Shown one piece after another: positions 11,901 through 24,600 of a stretch of DNA of 64,000 nucleotides. A program made the position numbers and the translations under genes. Under the pieces are notes generated by a model. That model ran no database searches and had not been told where the DNA came from. It saw nothing but the letters and a program-made list of their open reading frames with translations. The stretch is taken from positions 122,569-186,568 of the forward strand of contig JAUCBJ010007725.1 of the NCBI GenBank assembly GCA_032718475.1, in the 5' to 3' direction. Each line of letters begins with the position of its first letter. Position 1 is the first letter of the stretch. Source of the stretch: Nemertoderma westbladi. Lineage: Eukaryota; Animalia; Xenacoelomorpha.

Positions 11901-14900
11901 TACTAAATAAAATATAGTTCGCCTTAGTTTTACTAAATAAAATATAGTTCGCCTTAGTTGTACTAAATAAAATATAGTTCGCCTTAGTTGTAATAAATAA
12001 AATATAGTTCGCCTTAGTTGTACTAAATAAAATATAGTTCGCCTTAGTTGTACTAAATTAAATATAGTTCGCCGTAGTTTTACTAAATAAAATATAGTTC
12101 GCCTTAGTTTTACTAAATAAAATATAGTTCGCCTTAGTTGTACTAAATTAAATTTAGTTCGCCGTAGTTGTACTAAATAAAATATAGTTGCCTTAGTTTT
12201 ACTAAATAAAATATAGTTCGCCGTAGTTTTACTAAATAAAATATAGTTCGCCTTAGTTGTAATAAATAAAATATAGTTCGCCTTAGTTGTACTAAATAAA
12301 ATATAGTTCGCCTTAGTTGTACTAAATAAAATATAGTTCGCCTTAGTTGTACTAAATTAAATATAGTTCGCCGTAGTTTTACTAAATAAAATATAGTTCG
12401 CCTTAGTTGTAATAAATAAAATATAGTTCGCCTTAGTTGTACTAAATAAAATATAGTTCGCCTTAGTTGTACTAAATAAAATATAGTTCGCCTTAGTTGT
12501 ACTAAATTAAATATAGTTCGCCTTAGTTGTACTAAATAAAATATAGTTCGCCTTAGTTGTACTAAATAAAATATAGTTCGCCTTAGTTTTACTAAATAAA
12601 ATATAGTTCGCCGTAGTTTTACTAAATAAAATATAGTTCGCCTTAGTTTTACTAAATAAAATATAGTTCGCCGTAGTTTTACTAAATAAAATATAGTTCG
12701 CCTTAGTTGTAATAAATAAAATATAGTTCGCCTTAGTTGTACTAAATAAAATATAGTTCGCCTTAGTTGTACTAAATAAAATATAGTTCGCCTTAGTTGT
12801 ACTAAATTAAATATAGTTCGCCTTAGTTGTACTAAATAAAATATAGTTCGCCTTAGTTGTACTAAATAAAATATAGTTCGCCTTAGTTGTACTAAATAAA
12901 ATATAGTTCGCCTTAGTTTTACTAAATAAAATATAGTTCGCCTTAGTTGTACTAAATAAAATATAGTTCGCCTTAGTTGTACTAAATAAAATATAGTTCG
13001 CCTTAGTTGTACTAAATAAAATATAGTTCGCCTTAGTTGTACTAAATAAAATATAGTTCGCCGTAGTTTTACTAAATAAAATATAGTTCGCCTTAGTTTT
13101 ACTAAATAAAATATAGTTCGCCTTAGTTTTACTAAATAAAATATAGTTCGCCTTAGTTTTACTAAATAAAATATAGTTCGCCGTAGTTTTACTAAATAAA
13201 ATATAGTTCGCCTTAGTTTTACTAAATAAAATATAGTTCGCCTTAGTTTTACTAAATAAAATATAGTTCGCCTTAGTTTTACTAAATAAAATATAGTTCG
13301 CCTTAGTTTTACTAAATAAAATATAGTTCGCCTTAGTTTTACTAAATAAAATATAGTTCGCCTTAGTTTTACTAAATAAAATATAGTTCGCCTTAGTTTT
13401 ACTAAATAACATATAGTTCGCCTTAGTTGTACTAAATAAAATATAGTTCGCCTTAGTTGTACTTAATAAAATATAGTTCGCATTAGTTTTACTAAATAAA
13501 ATATAGTTCGCCTTAGTTAAACTAAATAAAATATAGTTCGCCTTAGTTGTACTAAATAAAATATAGTTCGCCTTAGTTTTACTAAATAAAATATAGTTCG
13601 TCTTAGTTGTACTAAATAAAATATAGTTCGCCTTAGTTGTACTAAATAAAATATAGTTCGCCTTAGTTGTACTAAATAAAATATAGTTCGCCTTAGTTGT
13701 ACTAAATAAAATATAGTTCGCCGTAGTTGTACTAAATAAAATATAGTTCGCCTTAGTTGTACTAAATAAAATATAGTTCGCCTTAGTTGTAATAAATAAA
13801 ATATAGTTCGTCTTAGTTGAACTAAATAAAATATAGTTCGCAGTAGTTGTAATAAATAAAATATAGTTCGCCTTAGTTTTACTAAATAAAATATAGTTCG
13901 CCTTAGTTGTACTAAATAAAATATAGTTCGCCTTAGTTGTAATAAATAAAATATAGTTCGCCTTAGTTGTAATAAATAAAATATAGTTCGCCGTAGTTTT
14001 ACTAAATAAAATATAGTTCGCCTTAGTTTTACTAAATAAAATATAGTTCGCCTTAGTTGTAATAAATAAAATATAGTTCGCCTTAGTTGTACTAAATAAA
14101 ATATAGTTCGCCTTAGTTGTAATAAATAAAATAAAGTTCGCCTTAGTTGTACTAAATAAAATATAGTTCGCCTTAGTTGTAATAAATAAAATATAGTTCG
14201 CCTTAGTTGTACTAAATAAAATATAGTTCGCCGTAGTTGTACTTAATAAAATATAGTTCGCCTTAGTTGTACTAAATAAAATATAGTTCGCCGTAGTTGT
14301 ACTTAATAAAATATAGTTCGTCGTAGTTGTACTAAATAAAATATAGTTCGCCTTAGTTTTACTAAATAAAATATAGTTCGTCGTAGTTGTACTAAATAAA
14401 ATAGAGTTCGCCTTAGTTGTACTAAATAAAATATAGTTCGCCTTAGTTGTAATAAATAAAATATAGTTCGCCTTAGTTGTAATAAATAAAATATAGTTCG
14501 CCTTAGTTTTACTAAATAAAATATAGTTCGCCTTAGTTGTACTTAATAAAATATAGTTCGCCTTAGTTGTACTTAATAAAATATAGTTCGCCTTAGTTGT
14601 AATAAATAAAATATAGTTCGCCTTAGTTTTACTAAATAAAATATAGTTCGCCTTAGTTGTACTAAATAAAATATAGTTCGCCTTAGTTGTAATAAATAAA
14701 ATATAGTTCGCCTTAGTTGTAATAAATAAAATAGAGTTCGCCGTAGTTTTACTAAATAAAATATAGTTCGCCTTAGTTTTACTAAATAAAATATAGTTCG
14801 CCTTAGTTGTACTTAATAAAATATAGTTCGCCTTAGTTGTAATAAATAAAATATAGTTCGCCTTAGTTGTACTAAATAAAATATAGTTCGCCTTAGTTGT

Positions 14901-16493
14901 AATAAATAAAATAAAGTTCGCCTTAGTTGTACTAAATAAAATATAGTTCGCCTTAGTTGTAATAAATAAAATATAGTTCGCCTTAGTTGTACTAAATAAA
15001 ATATAGTTCGCCGTAGTTGTACTTAATAAAATATAGTTCGCCTTAGTTGTACTAAATAAAATATAGTTCGCCGTAGTTGTACTTAATAAAATATAGTTCG
15101 TCGTAGTTGTACTAAATAAAATATAGTTCGCCTTAGTTTTACTAAATAAAATATAGTTCGCCTTAGTTGTACTTAATAAAATATAGTTCGCCTTAGTTGT
15201 AATAAATAAAATATAGTTCGCCTTAGTTGTAATAAATAAAATATAGTTCGCCTTAGTTTTACTAAATAAAATATAGTTCGCCTTAGTTGTACTTAATAAA
15301 ATATAGTTCGCCTTAGTTGTAATAAATAAAATATAGTTCGCCTTAGTTTTACTAAATTAAATATAGTTCGCCTTAGTTGTAATAAATAAAATATAGTTCG
15401 CCTTAGTTGTAATAAATAAAATATAGTTCGCCTTAGTTGTAATAAATAAAATATAGTTCGCCTTAGTTTTACTAAATAAAATATAGTTCGCCGTAGTTTT
15501 ACTAAATAAAATATAGTTCGCCTTAGTTTTACTAAATAAAATATAGTTCGCCTTAGTTGTACTAAATAAAATATAGTTCGCCTTAGTTGTACTAAATAAA
15601 ATATAGTTCGCCTTAGTTGTAATAAATAAAATATAGTTCGCCTTAGTTGTACTAAATAAAATATAGTTCGCCGTAGTTGTACTTAATAAAATATAGTTCG
15701 TCGTAGTTGTACTAAATAAAATATAGTTCGCCTTAGTTTTACTAAATAAAATATAGTTCGCCTTAGTTGTACTTAATAAAATATAGTTCGCCTTAGTTGT
15801 AATAAATAAAATATAGTTCGCCTTAGTTGTAATAAATAAAATATAGTTCGCCTTAGTTTTACTAAATAAAATATAGTTCGCCTTAGTTGTACTTAATAAA
15901 ATATAGTTCGCCTTAGTTGTACTAAATAAAATATAGTTCGCCTTAGTTGTAATAAATAAAATATAGTTCGTCTTAGTTGAACTAAATAAAATATAGTTCG
16001 CAGTAGTTGTAATAAATAAAATATAGTTCGCCTTAGTTTTACTAAATAAAATATAGTTCGCTTTAGTTGTACTAAATAAAATATAGTTCGCCTTAGTTGT
16101 AATAAATAAAATATAGTTCGCCTTAGTTGTAATAAATAAAATATAGTTCGCCGTAGTTTTACTAAATAAAATATAGTTCGCCTTAGTTTTACTAAATAAA
16201 ATATAGTTCGCCTTAGTTGTAATAAATAAAATATAGTTCGCCTTAGTTGTACTAAATAAAATATAGTTCGCCTTAGTTGTAATAAATAAAATAAAGTTCG
16301 CCTTAGTTGTACTAAATAAAATATAGTTCGCCTTAGTTGTAATAAATAATATATAGTTCGCCTTAGTTGTACTAAATAAAATATAGTTCGCCGTAGTTGT
16401 ACTTAATAAAATATAGTTCGCCTTAGTTGTACTAAATAAAATATAGTTCGCCGTAGTTGTACTTAATAAAATATAGTTCGTCGTAGTTGTACT
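8965..16493. repeat. 30-bp satellite, segment 2 (~250 units)
   Basis: Same monomer with recurrent single-base variants. Confidence 0.97.
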
Positions 16494-18410
16494 TAAATTG
16501 GAGAGATACGCCTATTCCTACTATCGGAAGAGACGGTAACAATACCTGCAATATCCTACTGTAAAGTTTGTAAATCAAATCATAAATCCGACCTTCTCAC
16601 CAAAACAGTAAACCCCAAGTAAGCGAATATATTGCAGTATCGATCTCTTTTAACCGGTGAGGCAGAAAACAGTCTACGAGCAGACAAACTTCGATAAAAC
16701 AAAATCCCGCGCAGCGAATCCTAAAATCAGGCTGACTCACTGACGGACTAAGGGGCTCGTATACTTTGCCGCGGTGTGATTTATATGGTTGGGCAAAAGG
16801 ACGCTAGCTAGGTATAGAGCAGATTTGGAGATGTCTAACTAGCGAGCAAAGTGCAGTAAGGACGAAAGTTAATTTTTATATATTTCGAGGTGTAAATAAT
16901 TTCTAACGCGCGTGTGTTAATTCTGAACGGTCAAAGCAGTTTTGCTCCTTCACATATATAATTACTGGGTACGGTGTGCATTTTACGAATATTCTAATTT
17001 TATAACTTGTAGGTCCAATACTCACGAATGATAAGGTTCCTTCCCCTCTTGCGTATTTCCAGGACTCAAATTCAGGCATAAGGTTAATACTACGCCCAGA
17101 ATTCGGCAATTTTAGGTACCAGGTCCCTAATACTGAGAAGAGATGTGTTAGTTTACTACTGTAGGCGTACGGGTACTAATAGCTATCCTGGCTCCTATCT
17201 AGAATTTTAGTCACCCAGGTAGTCCGGGTAACTTCCTATTAGGGCGTTGGCGGGGACACGGTAGATGTTAGTATATCCCTGATAGCCTCAATTTATTTGC
17301 GCCTAGCGTAAACTGCCCTACCGCCTGAACGGTACAATCCCAATTCAGGTGAAAACACAGCAACCCCCCTAGCCTACAAGTTCTGATGTAACGGACACCG
17401 TTGTACGGCAAATAGTCGCACACACACCTGTACTTAGCAAGAGTTAAGCGTACAGTTTGCTGCACCCTAACCAATGTGTATGCCTTGTACCGGTGTGCCT
17501 ACGTCCTATCTGCGTACTAGTATCTGCTCTCTCTCCCTCTCCCCCGTAGGAATATGAAGGTCTACTGCGGTTTTTTCCTGAATCAAGACAGTACAGTCCC
17601 TATGATGTAATTTTGGGCTCACAGCGTGTCACTACGTCTACCTTTGATCTTTTGGTCTTACACTTAGGTAGCAAGGATCGAACGCTGTCTAACCTTTCAG
17701 GCGATGGGCGAATAACTTTAAGATGGTATTGCGGGTTGTCTCTCGTTTACATTCCCGTGATGTTCCCGTTCATTGCTGCGGCCCGATCTCTAGCTGGCCA
17801 TCCTGTCCCTGAGTTTGTTCACCGTAGTGAAACCATATTAAAACAGATAGAAAGGCTGAGAGATGTGACTAGTATTTCTGACTTTATTACAAAACATATA
17901 ATAACTATTTATACAATAAACAATGTAATCTGAAATAAGACAGAAAGTGAATGATGGATTGAGATTAGTAAACTAATGAACGAAATCGCACCTTTATATA
18001 CCAAATTTGTGCCGCAATCAATCGAGAAAGTTCTCGATTGTTCTATGGGTTCTAACAAGGTTTTAAAGATAGCTTATTGGTCCAGCTAATATATAACTTG
18101 CACGACATTGGTTACAATCAAATAACTACAGCCTTATTGGTACAGACAAATGCAATTAATTTGTAGCGGTTAATTTAAATGAGTTGAAATTCTGCACAAA
18201 AAATAATTCGCACTTACTAGGATTCGAACTCGATACCTACTACACATATAATTTCCAACGCTCTACCAACTGAGCTACTGAACCACTTGACCGATAGATG
18301 CATAATAGATAGAACCAATACTAATGAGAACTCAAAGCAATCTTTACAAAGTTAATTCGAATAAAATAAAATTTTGAAAATCCACGGCATTTAGGGAATA
18401 TAATTCTATA
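16494..18410 (-). repeat. 3' LTR of BEL copy 1 (1917 bp)
   Basis: Matches 31118-33035; the only difference I saw is a 1-bp indel near 32290. Sense-strand termini TATAG...AATTTA. Confidence 0.95.
18198..18284 (-). promoter_or_regulatory. tRNA-derived Pol III cassette (A box, B box, oligo-T) in LTR U3; also at 32823-32909, ~40188-40274 and ~53597-53683
   Basis: Minus strand reads ggttcagTAGCTCAGTTGGTAGAGC...gaGTTCGAATCC...ttatttttt. The D-arm pairs; acceptor, anticodon and T stems do not. Confidence 0.75.
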
Positions 18411-19248
18411 CCGCTCCATGAAAACAGGATATTATCGTGCATAAAATATACGGTTTTCACCAATAATCAATCAAACTATAGAATACTTAGGGCGTACTTA
18501 CATATTTACAATTAAGTTTCAAACAATACTTCCTTTCTACGTAATGATTTGATACAAAAATAATTACAAATTCAAACTTTACGTATTTAAGGCTTTACTA
18601 AGTAAGTACAATATAAATCTAAATTAAATTCACCAATATAAATCTATTGCATCTCAATATTGCATAAATTCAAACAATTACAAATACAAATGAATGAAAA
18701 CAATAAGAAAGGCTCGCAAGTCTTCCATCTACTATTGTATCTCAAATACTGCATAAATTCAAGTAATTACAAATACTTTCGTACCTAAATGTAGATTGCA
18801 TAAGTTTTGGAATAATTACAAGTATGAGTCTTTCTGAGCACAAAATTTTCTGTCTATAAAACTTTCTCTTTTACACTGTAAATACAAATACTGCTTATAA
18901 AATATAGTATTCGAAACAATATAAATTGCATAAGTTCGAAATAATCACGTAAATATAAAATATAAATTCTTACTAAATATAAATCTTACTAAATATAAGT
19001 CTTTACTTAAATATAAATATAAACTGCATAAGTTTAGAATAATATAAACCTTTGCATCTCAAATATGAAACATAAATCTTTCAAATATAAGTTCCTTCTA
19101 AACTTTCTAAATTTCATAAATTCGGAACAATACAAATTGCATAAGTTTGGAATAAGCAAAAACTTTCTAAATATAAAACATATAATTCAAATAAATCACA
19201 AATCATAAGAAAGGCTCACGAGTCTTCCGTCCACCCTTGCCCTCCCTT

Positions 19249-20762
19249 TTATCGCTTAGTAGATCGAGCCCTGCCGCGTCCTCGAAAACTGCGCACAGGT
19301 GACTTTGCTCGCGATATGGGACTAATGGGGCGAGTCACTGGTTTACTTGGGACGTTGAGAGACGGTGCAACTATTTCCTCGCAAATTCGTCTATTTGGCA
19401 TCCCAAAACCTCGACCAATTCCTCGTGACCGATCAGTCGTCACTACAGTTGGTAGAACGTCTGGGAACGCGTGAGAAGCGGACGACGCAGACCCAAGAGT
19501 AGCTTGCGCCCCCTGTTGATCAGCTGGTGTATGTCCCGATCCTCCTACTGGTTCTCTTGGAAGTGATACCGTATCCCGAGTAACTCGAATAGTCGGCTCA
19601 ACTCCCTTGCGTTCTTCTACATTAATAATTTTCTTCAATTGTTGGCCCACTTTCTGGACCCGTATGATCCTACCCTGTCCGTCCTCCCGAGGGTGACGTG
19701 CAGACGGCGCAACCGGAGTGGCTGATATATTCGTCGCCTCTAGGACCTCTTCTTCCTCGAATACGCTCGCTCGTATACGTTTATGGTAAAACGCGGCTCG
19801 GTACGCCCATGCGACGGTTAACCAAGCTCCCTTGTTCCGCTTTTCAGTTCGGAAACGATCGAATTCACCATACGTGATACGATTAACGACTTTCTGAAAA
19901 TTCCACGTGTTTTGTTATCTGGGTGAATCTGTAACAGATACTCGCGCACCACTCGAAATCCGCTGTCGTGGGGCAAAATATCGACAACCTCGATAAGTTC
20001 GTCATACTGGGGCATAGCGGAGATATATCCTTCCGACATCATCGTTTGAGGATTTACCGCCCAAAATCCGAGATGCGCTCTCATCGGAAACCGTCTTCTT
20101 TGTGCTGATACATGTTCATCGGCTAAATCTTCCCACTCATCAAATAACTTCCTCACAAGTTTTACAGATTCGTGTTCATAAGGTATGTCCCTCAGTTGGC
20201 ATTCAGATGCTCGATGTCCCTTTATATTGCAGTAAGTACATTGAGCCATAAATCTCCAGCAAGTATAAAAGGTATGAGACCCTTGATCCCCACACCATCC
20301 ACAGATTAGCTGAGTCGTAGTAATGTGCCTTCCACTGCACTTTGCCAAATGATGTCCAGCGACGCCACATTTACTACACATCGTATTAGCAGGGTACCAC
20401 ACTCGTTCGTATATAAGATCTCCAATCGGTCGAGCGCTTCCTCCCATACTATAATCGTAATCATCTGGGTCTATGGGTTGGTAGGTTTCTGAAGGTTGTA
20501 TACAAACTATAGCATCTGTTGCTTCAAGTTGTCGAATCTCCGTCTGAGATTTCTTCGGGAGGTTCCTTTCTATCTCAAGAAGTTCCTCTAAAGGATCGTC
20601 GGCGATCGTAGTAGTTACTTCGAATTCATCACCAAGGTGACCGATAGGCGCGCGCGTCTGCCGTGATTCATCCGTAATCTCCACGATACGTTCTCCTTCA
20701 TAGGGTAACAATGTAAACATAGATGGTCTTTCGATAAGAGATCCCGCACAGCGAAGATACAC
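19249..20762 (-). pseudogene. Extra 3' ORF (three CCHC zinc knuckles) of BEL copy 1, split by a 1-bp indel near 19910
   Basis: Matches the intact 504-aa ORF of copy 2. A T4 run here (T5 in copy 2) splits it into 19818-20762 and 19249-19650. Confidence 0.8.
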
Positions 20763-21058
20763 GTCTCGAAATATACTAAATCCTGCTCGAGTAAAGGCAT
20801 TGCTGTCTTTGCGAGCTTCGCTGTACTTTCTGATAATTCCTTTATACCGAATATAGTATAATCCTTGGCTCCAAATCTTTCGAATGGCGCTGCTGCCTCC
20901 TCTTGGATATCATATCCCCATCTCGGCTCTCTTTGTATCCCTTTCTCCATAATTAGAGGTGTAGTTACATAATCATTACTACTAGAGGGAATACAACAGA
21001 GTTTGTGGTTAGTTGTGAGGAGACGTGAGAGTTTCGTCTGCCTTTTGGGCTTCGACAA
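20615..21058 (-). CDS. Short ORF overlapping the start of the zinc-knuckle ORF; unknown product
   Basis: Open in both copies (42570-43013 in copy 2). An internal ATG (MEKGIQ) would give about 110 aa. No recognisable domain. Confidence 0.4.
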   Translation of the reverse strand: MSKPKRQTKLSRLLTTNHKLCCIPSSSNDYVTTPLIMEKGIQREPRWGYDIQEEAAAPFERFGAKDYTIFGIKELSESTAKLAKTAMPLLEQDLVYFETCIFAVRDLLSKDHLCLHCYPMKENVSWRLRMNHGRRARLSVTLVMNSK

Positions 21059-21613
21059 CGCTCTAACCTCCTACCCATAGCCTAAGATCTAGGGTTTCTT
21101 TAATGACACGCTGCTTCTTATCTAAAATTTTTTGCCGAAGTAAAAACGAATTTGGGCTAAACTGGCCGTGAGTCTAAAATACTCACCTTTTGATCCCAAA
21201 CTATTATCAGAAAATAAGCAGTCAAGAATTAGTAATAAATATAGGGGAGTCTATTTATTGACGTAACTTATTGAAACAAGACCGTGTAAAATTTAATTAA
21301 AATTTTTAAGAAAGGCTCGCAAGTCTTCCTCTCTTGTTTCTCTAATTTTAAGTTCCACCCGACTGTACCCTGAAATCTATTCACTGGAGAAAATTTTAAA
21401 AATTTTTCAAATCCAAATGGATTGTCTAAAATTTCGAAAATGTCTCAATATTGTGAGTTCCAAGTAGAATTCCATTTCTTATACCTACAAATCCCGCTCC
21501 TATGTGACACATAAGGGTACTACCCTCAATGTTCACATATAAAGACAATGGAATTCTACCGCTGTCCATACTACGGTGTACAGGTACGTGGAAATCTATT
21601 TGTAAACTCCTAA

Positions 21614-24600
21614 TTATTTACTAGTATTAGGTGGAGATTTGTAGTCTCCAGACTCGTTACGAGTCTCTTCAAGAAGTACGAGACGTTGAGTCGGTCTGTC
21701 TACTGTACGACCGTCAATTGTCCGTACCGTCACAGTTCTTGTCACTCCATCCATAGATGGATGTGTGGCTAAAATGACACCTGTTATCCAGAAGCGTCTT
21801 TTTAGATTCACTTCTGCCAACAGCACGTGATCTCCCGGCTTTAATGCACGGGTGTTATTGTACCATGTTGTTCTGGCAGAAATAGAGGGCAAATAATGGT
21901 TTTGCCATATTTCCCAGAATTTGTTAGCTAGTAGTTGCGTGATTTTCCACGCTTTTCTACCATAGCTGTCGCTTTCTATTGGAATAGAAATCGGTGTCAA
22001 AGTCGTCGGTGCCTGCATTAGCAGGTGTGCCGGTGTCAAAGCAAACTGAGATTGTTTGTCATCGGGTACTAATACTATTGGTCTAGTATTTAGTATTGCC
22101 TCGATTTCAACAAACAATGTTGTCAGTTGGTCGTCTGTTAATATGTGGTTTACTGGAATGACCTTTGCCATGGCCGTTTTGATAGATCTAATCAATCTCT
22201 CCCAGACTCCGCCTCTCCAAGGACTATCTGGAGGATTAAACTTCCAAACAATCTTGTGAGGTTGCAGTTCGTTCGAGATTTGATCATGATCTAATTTCTT
22301 AAAGGCTCTAGCAATCTCATTCCGAGCACCAACAAAGTTTGTCCCTTGGTCTGAGTACAAGCATTTTACTAGTCCGCGTCTAGCGATAAATCGCCGCAGT
22401 GCTAGTATAAACGCGTTGGTGGAAAGATCCATCACACGTTCAATGTGAACTGCCCTACTGGACATACATGTGAAAATCAGTCCCCAGCGTTTTACTAGTA
22501 TACGTCCACGTTTCGTATGTATGGGACCAAAGCAATCAATTCCAGTCTCTGTAAAAGGTGGTCTGAATGCTTGAAGTCGTGCTTGTGGTAGCTCACTCAT
22601 TTCTTGGGTACCTATTTTAGAATGTACCTTTTTACAAATAATACACGTACGTGTCACTGAACTTAATGCTTTACTGGGTCTAATTAATACAAATCTAGTA
22701 CGTAAGTAGGAAAGACAGTGGTGTCTTCCAGCGTGTTTCAGATGTAAATGTGCGTCCAGTATCATTGCACGTTGTAGTTCGTGATGTTGCGGTATTATTA
22801 TTGGGTACCTAAAGTTCGTGTTAAAGTCAATGTTTTGAAGCCGAGATTTATGACAAATTAAGCCATTATAAATAATCGGACTCCAACTCAGTATCGGTGA
22901 CGACTTGATTGGTTGACCTTGATGTATAGATGTGAATTCGCGCGCGAAATATCGCAGTTGGTAATGGCGAATTAATTTAATCTCACACCTGTCAATCTCA
23001 GCCAATGTAAGTCGACGTGTGAAGTCACGTTTGCCTTTAACGTATTGTACAAAACGTACAATCCACGCTAATTTTCGGCAAGCGCTTGTCCAAGAATCTG
23101 TTAAGTTTACAATACGGTCGACGTAAGTATTTGTGACGTCATCAGGTAAGTCAATGGAGAACTTGGAAGGTTTTGAATTACTAGAAGGGCCCACGGGTCC
23201 GCCGGTAAGTATTCCCTTGTTGACTGTTGATCCGTCCGGGTCTACAAGTAATTTGTCCTTCTTTGTCTTCTTACCTTGATTGTCGGTACTTTGTAAGTCG
23301 ATCGTTAATGGTGGTTTGAACTCTATGGGGTCAGCAGGTTTCGGTAAACTTATTTTCCTGCCGGCATTAATCCCAGGTCTCACCATAGGTTGTAAGTTCG
23401 GTATGTCTCTTGAGCGCAAAGTAACACCTGTATTTACATTAGCGTAGGTACTACCCACATCTGCAATACATGAGGTTTCACCATGCTTATGGTTGCTCAA
23501 GTGTGTCAAAATTGGTAGTTTGTCAATACAAGGCCGCTCCAATAGGGAAACTGCGGCTTTATTGTTAGTCAATACATTACTAGTGTCTAGTCGACTGTCT
23601 AGTAATGTGTCTGGCGATACGTCTGGTAACGTATCTAGTTGTTTGTCAATAGAAGGCCGCTCCAATAGGGAAACTGCGGCTTTACTGTTTGTCAGTGCGT
23701 TACTAACGTCTGGTGGAACATTTTGTGATATGTCTGGCAAAATGTCTGGTTGACTGTCTAGTAACGTGTCTGGTTGACTGTCTAGTAACGTGTCTGGTTG
23801 ACCGTCTGGCGATATGTCTGGTCGACCGTCTGGCGATATGTCTGGTGTAGAAAGGCTCGCAAGTCTTCCTCTCTTGACCTTTGAAGTTATATCCTTCCAT
23901 TTCGCCTTCGGTTTTTTCTTGAGTTTCGCCGCTGTCGTCTTTTTCTTTGTCTTCCCCTTTTTTGGTTTCTTGATTTCGGCGTCCTTAGGAATGGTGTTGG
24001 ACTTGTTGTCGTATAACGGAGGCCAATCTTGTGTCGATTTCTGCAAGAACTGGGGTCCGTGTTGCCAAAACTCTTTGTTCTCCGGTTTACAGAATTCCTC
24101 AGGCATCATTCCTCGCGACGCAATATCAGCTGGGTTTTGTGGTCCGGGACAATGTCGCCAATCCTCTTTTATTGAACGGTCTAGAATTTCCGCGCGACGG
24201 TTAGCAACGAATGTCTTGAATTCGAGTGTGTCGTTGTTTATGTAAAATAAAACCAACGTCGCGTCAGTCCAATAAAATATCTGTAAACTCGACTGTAGTT
24301 CTGTCTGTATGAGGTTCACGATGGTGGTTGACAGGGTCGCGGCTTGTAGCTCGGCTCGTGGTGTCGTCATATACTTAGTAGGCATGGTCTTAGCCTTAGA
24401 AGTAATGAGCGAAACATCGAACTCGTCTGATTCCACTTGTCTGCGCAAATACGCTGCCACACCAAAACCGTTGTCACTGGCGTCAGAAAAACAGTGTAGT
24501 TCCAAGTTGTCAGGAAATGTACTCTGTAATGGAAAGTAAACCCTGGGTATGGAATAATCCTCTAACGAAGACAATTCCGCCTCCCAGGTCTTCCATAAGT

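Noticed and set aside
6537-16493. CRISPR-like appearance of the 30-bp array
   Set aside because: Monomers are contiguous with no unique spacers, there are no cas genes, and the context is eukaryotic.
18198-18284. Functional tRNA gene in the LTR
   Set aside because: Only the D-arm and A/B boxes are intact. Acceptor, anticodon and T stems do not pair and no anticodon can be assigned.
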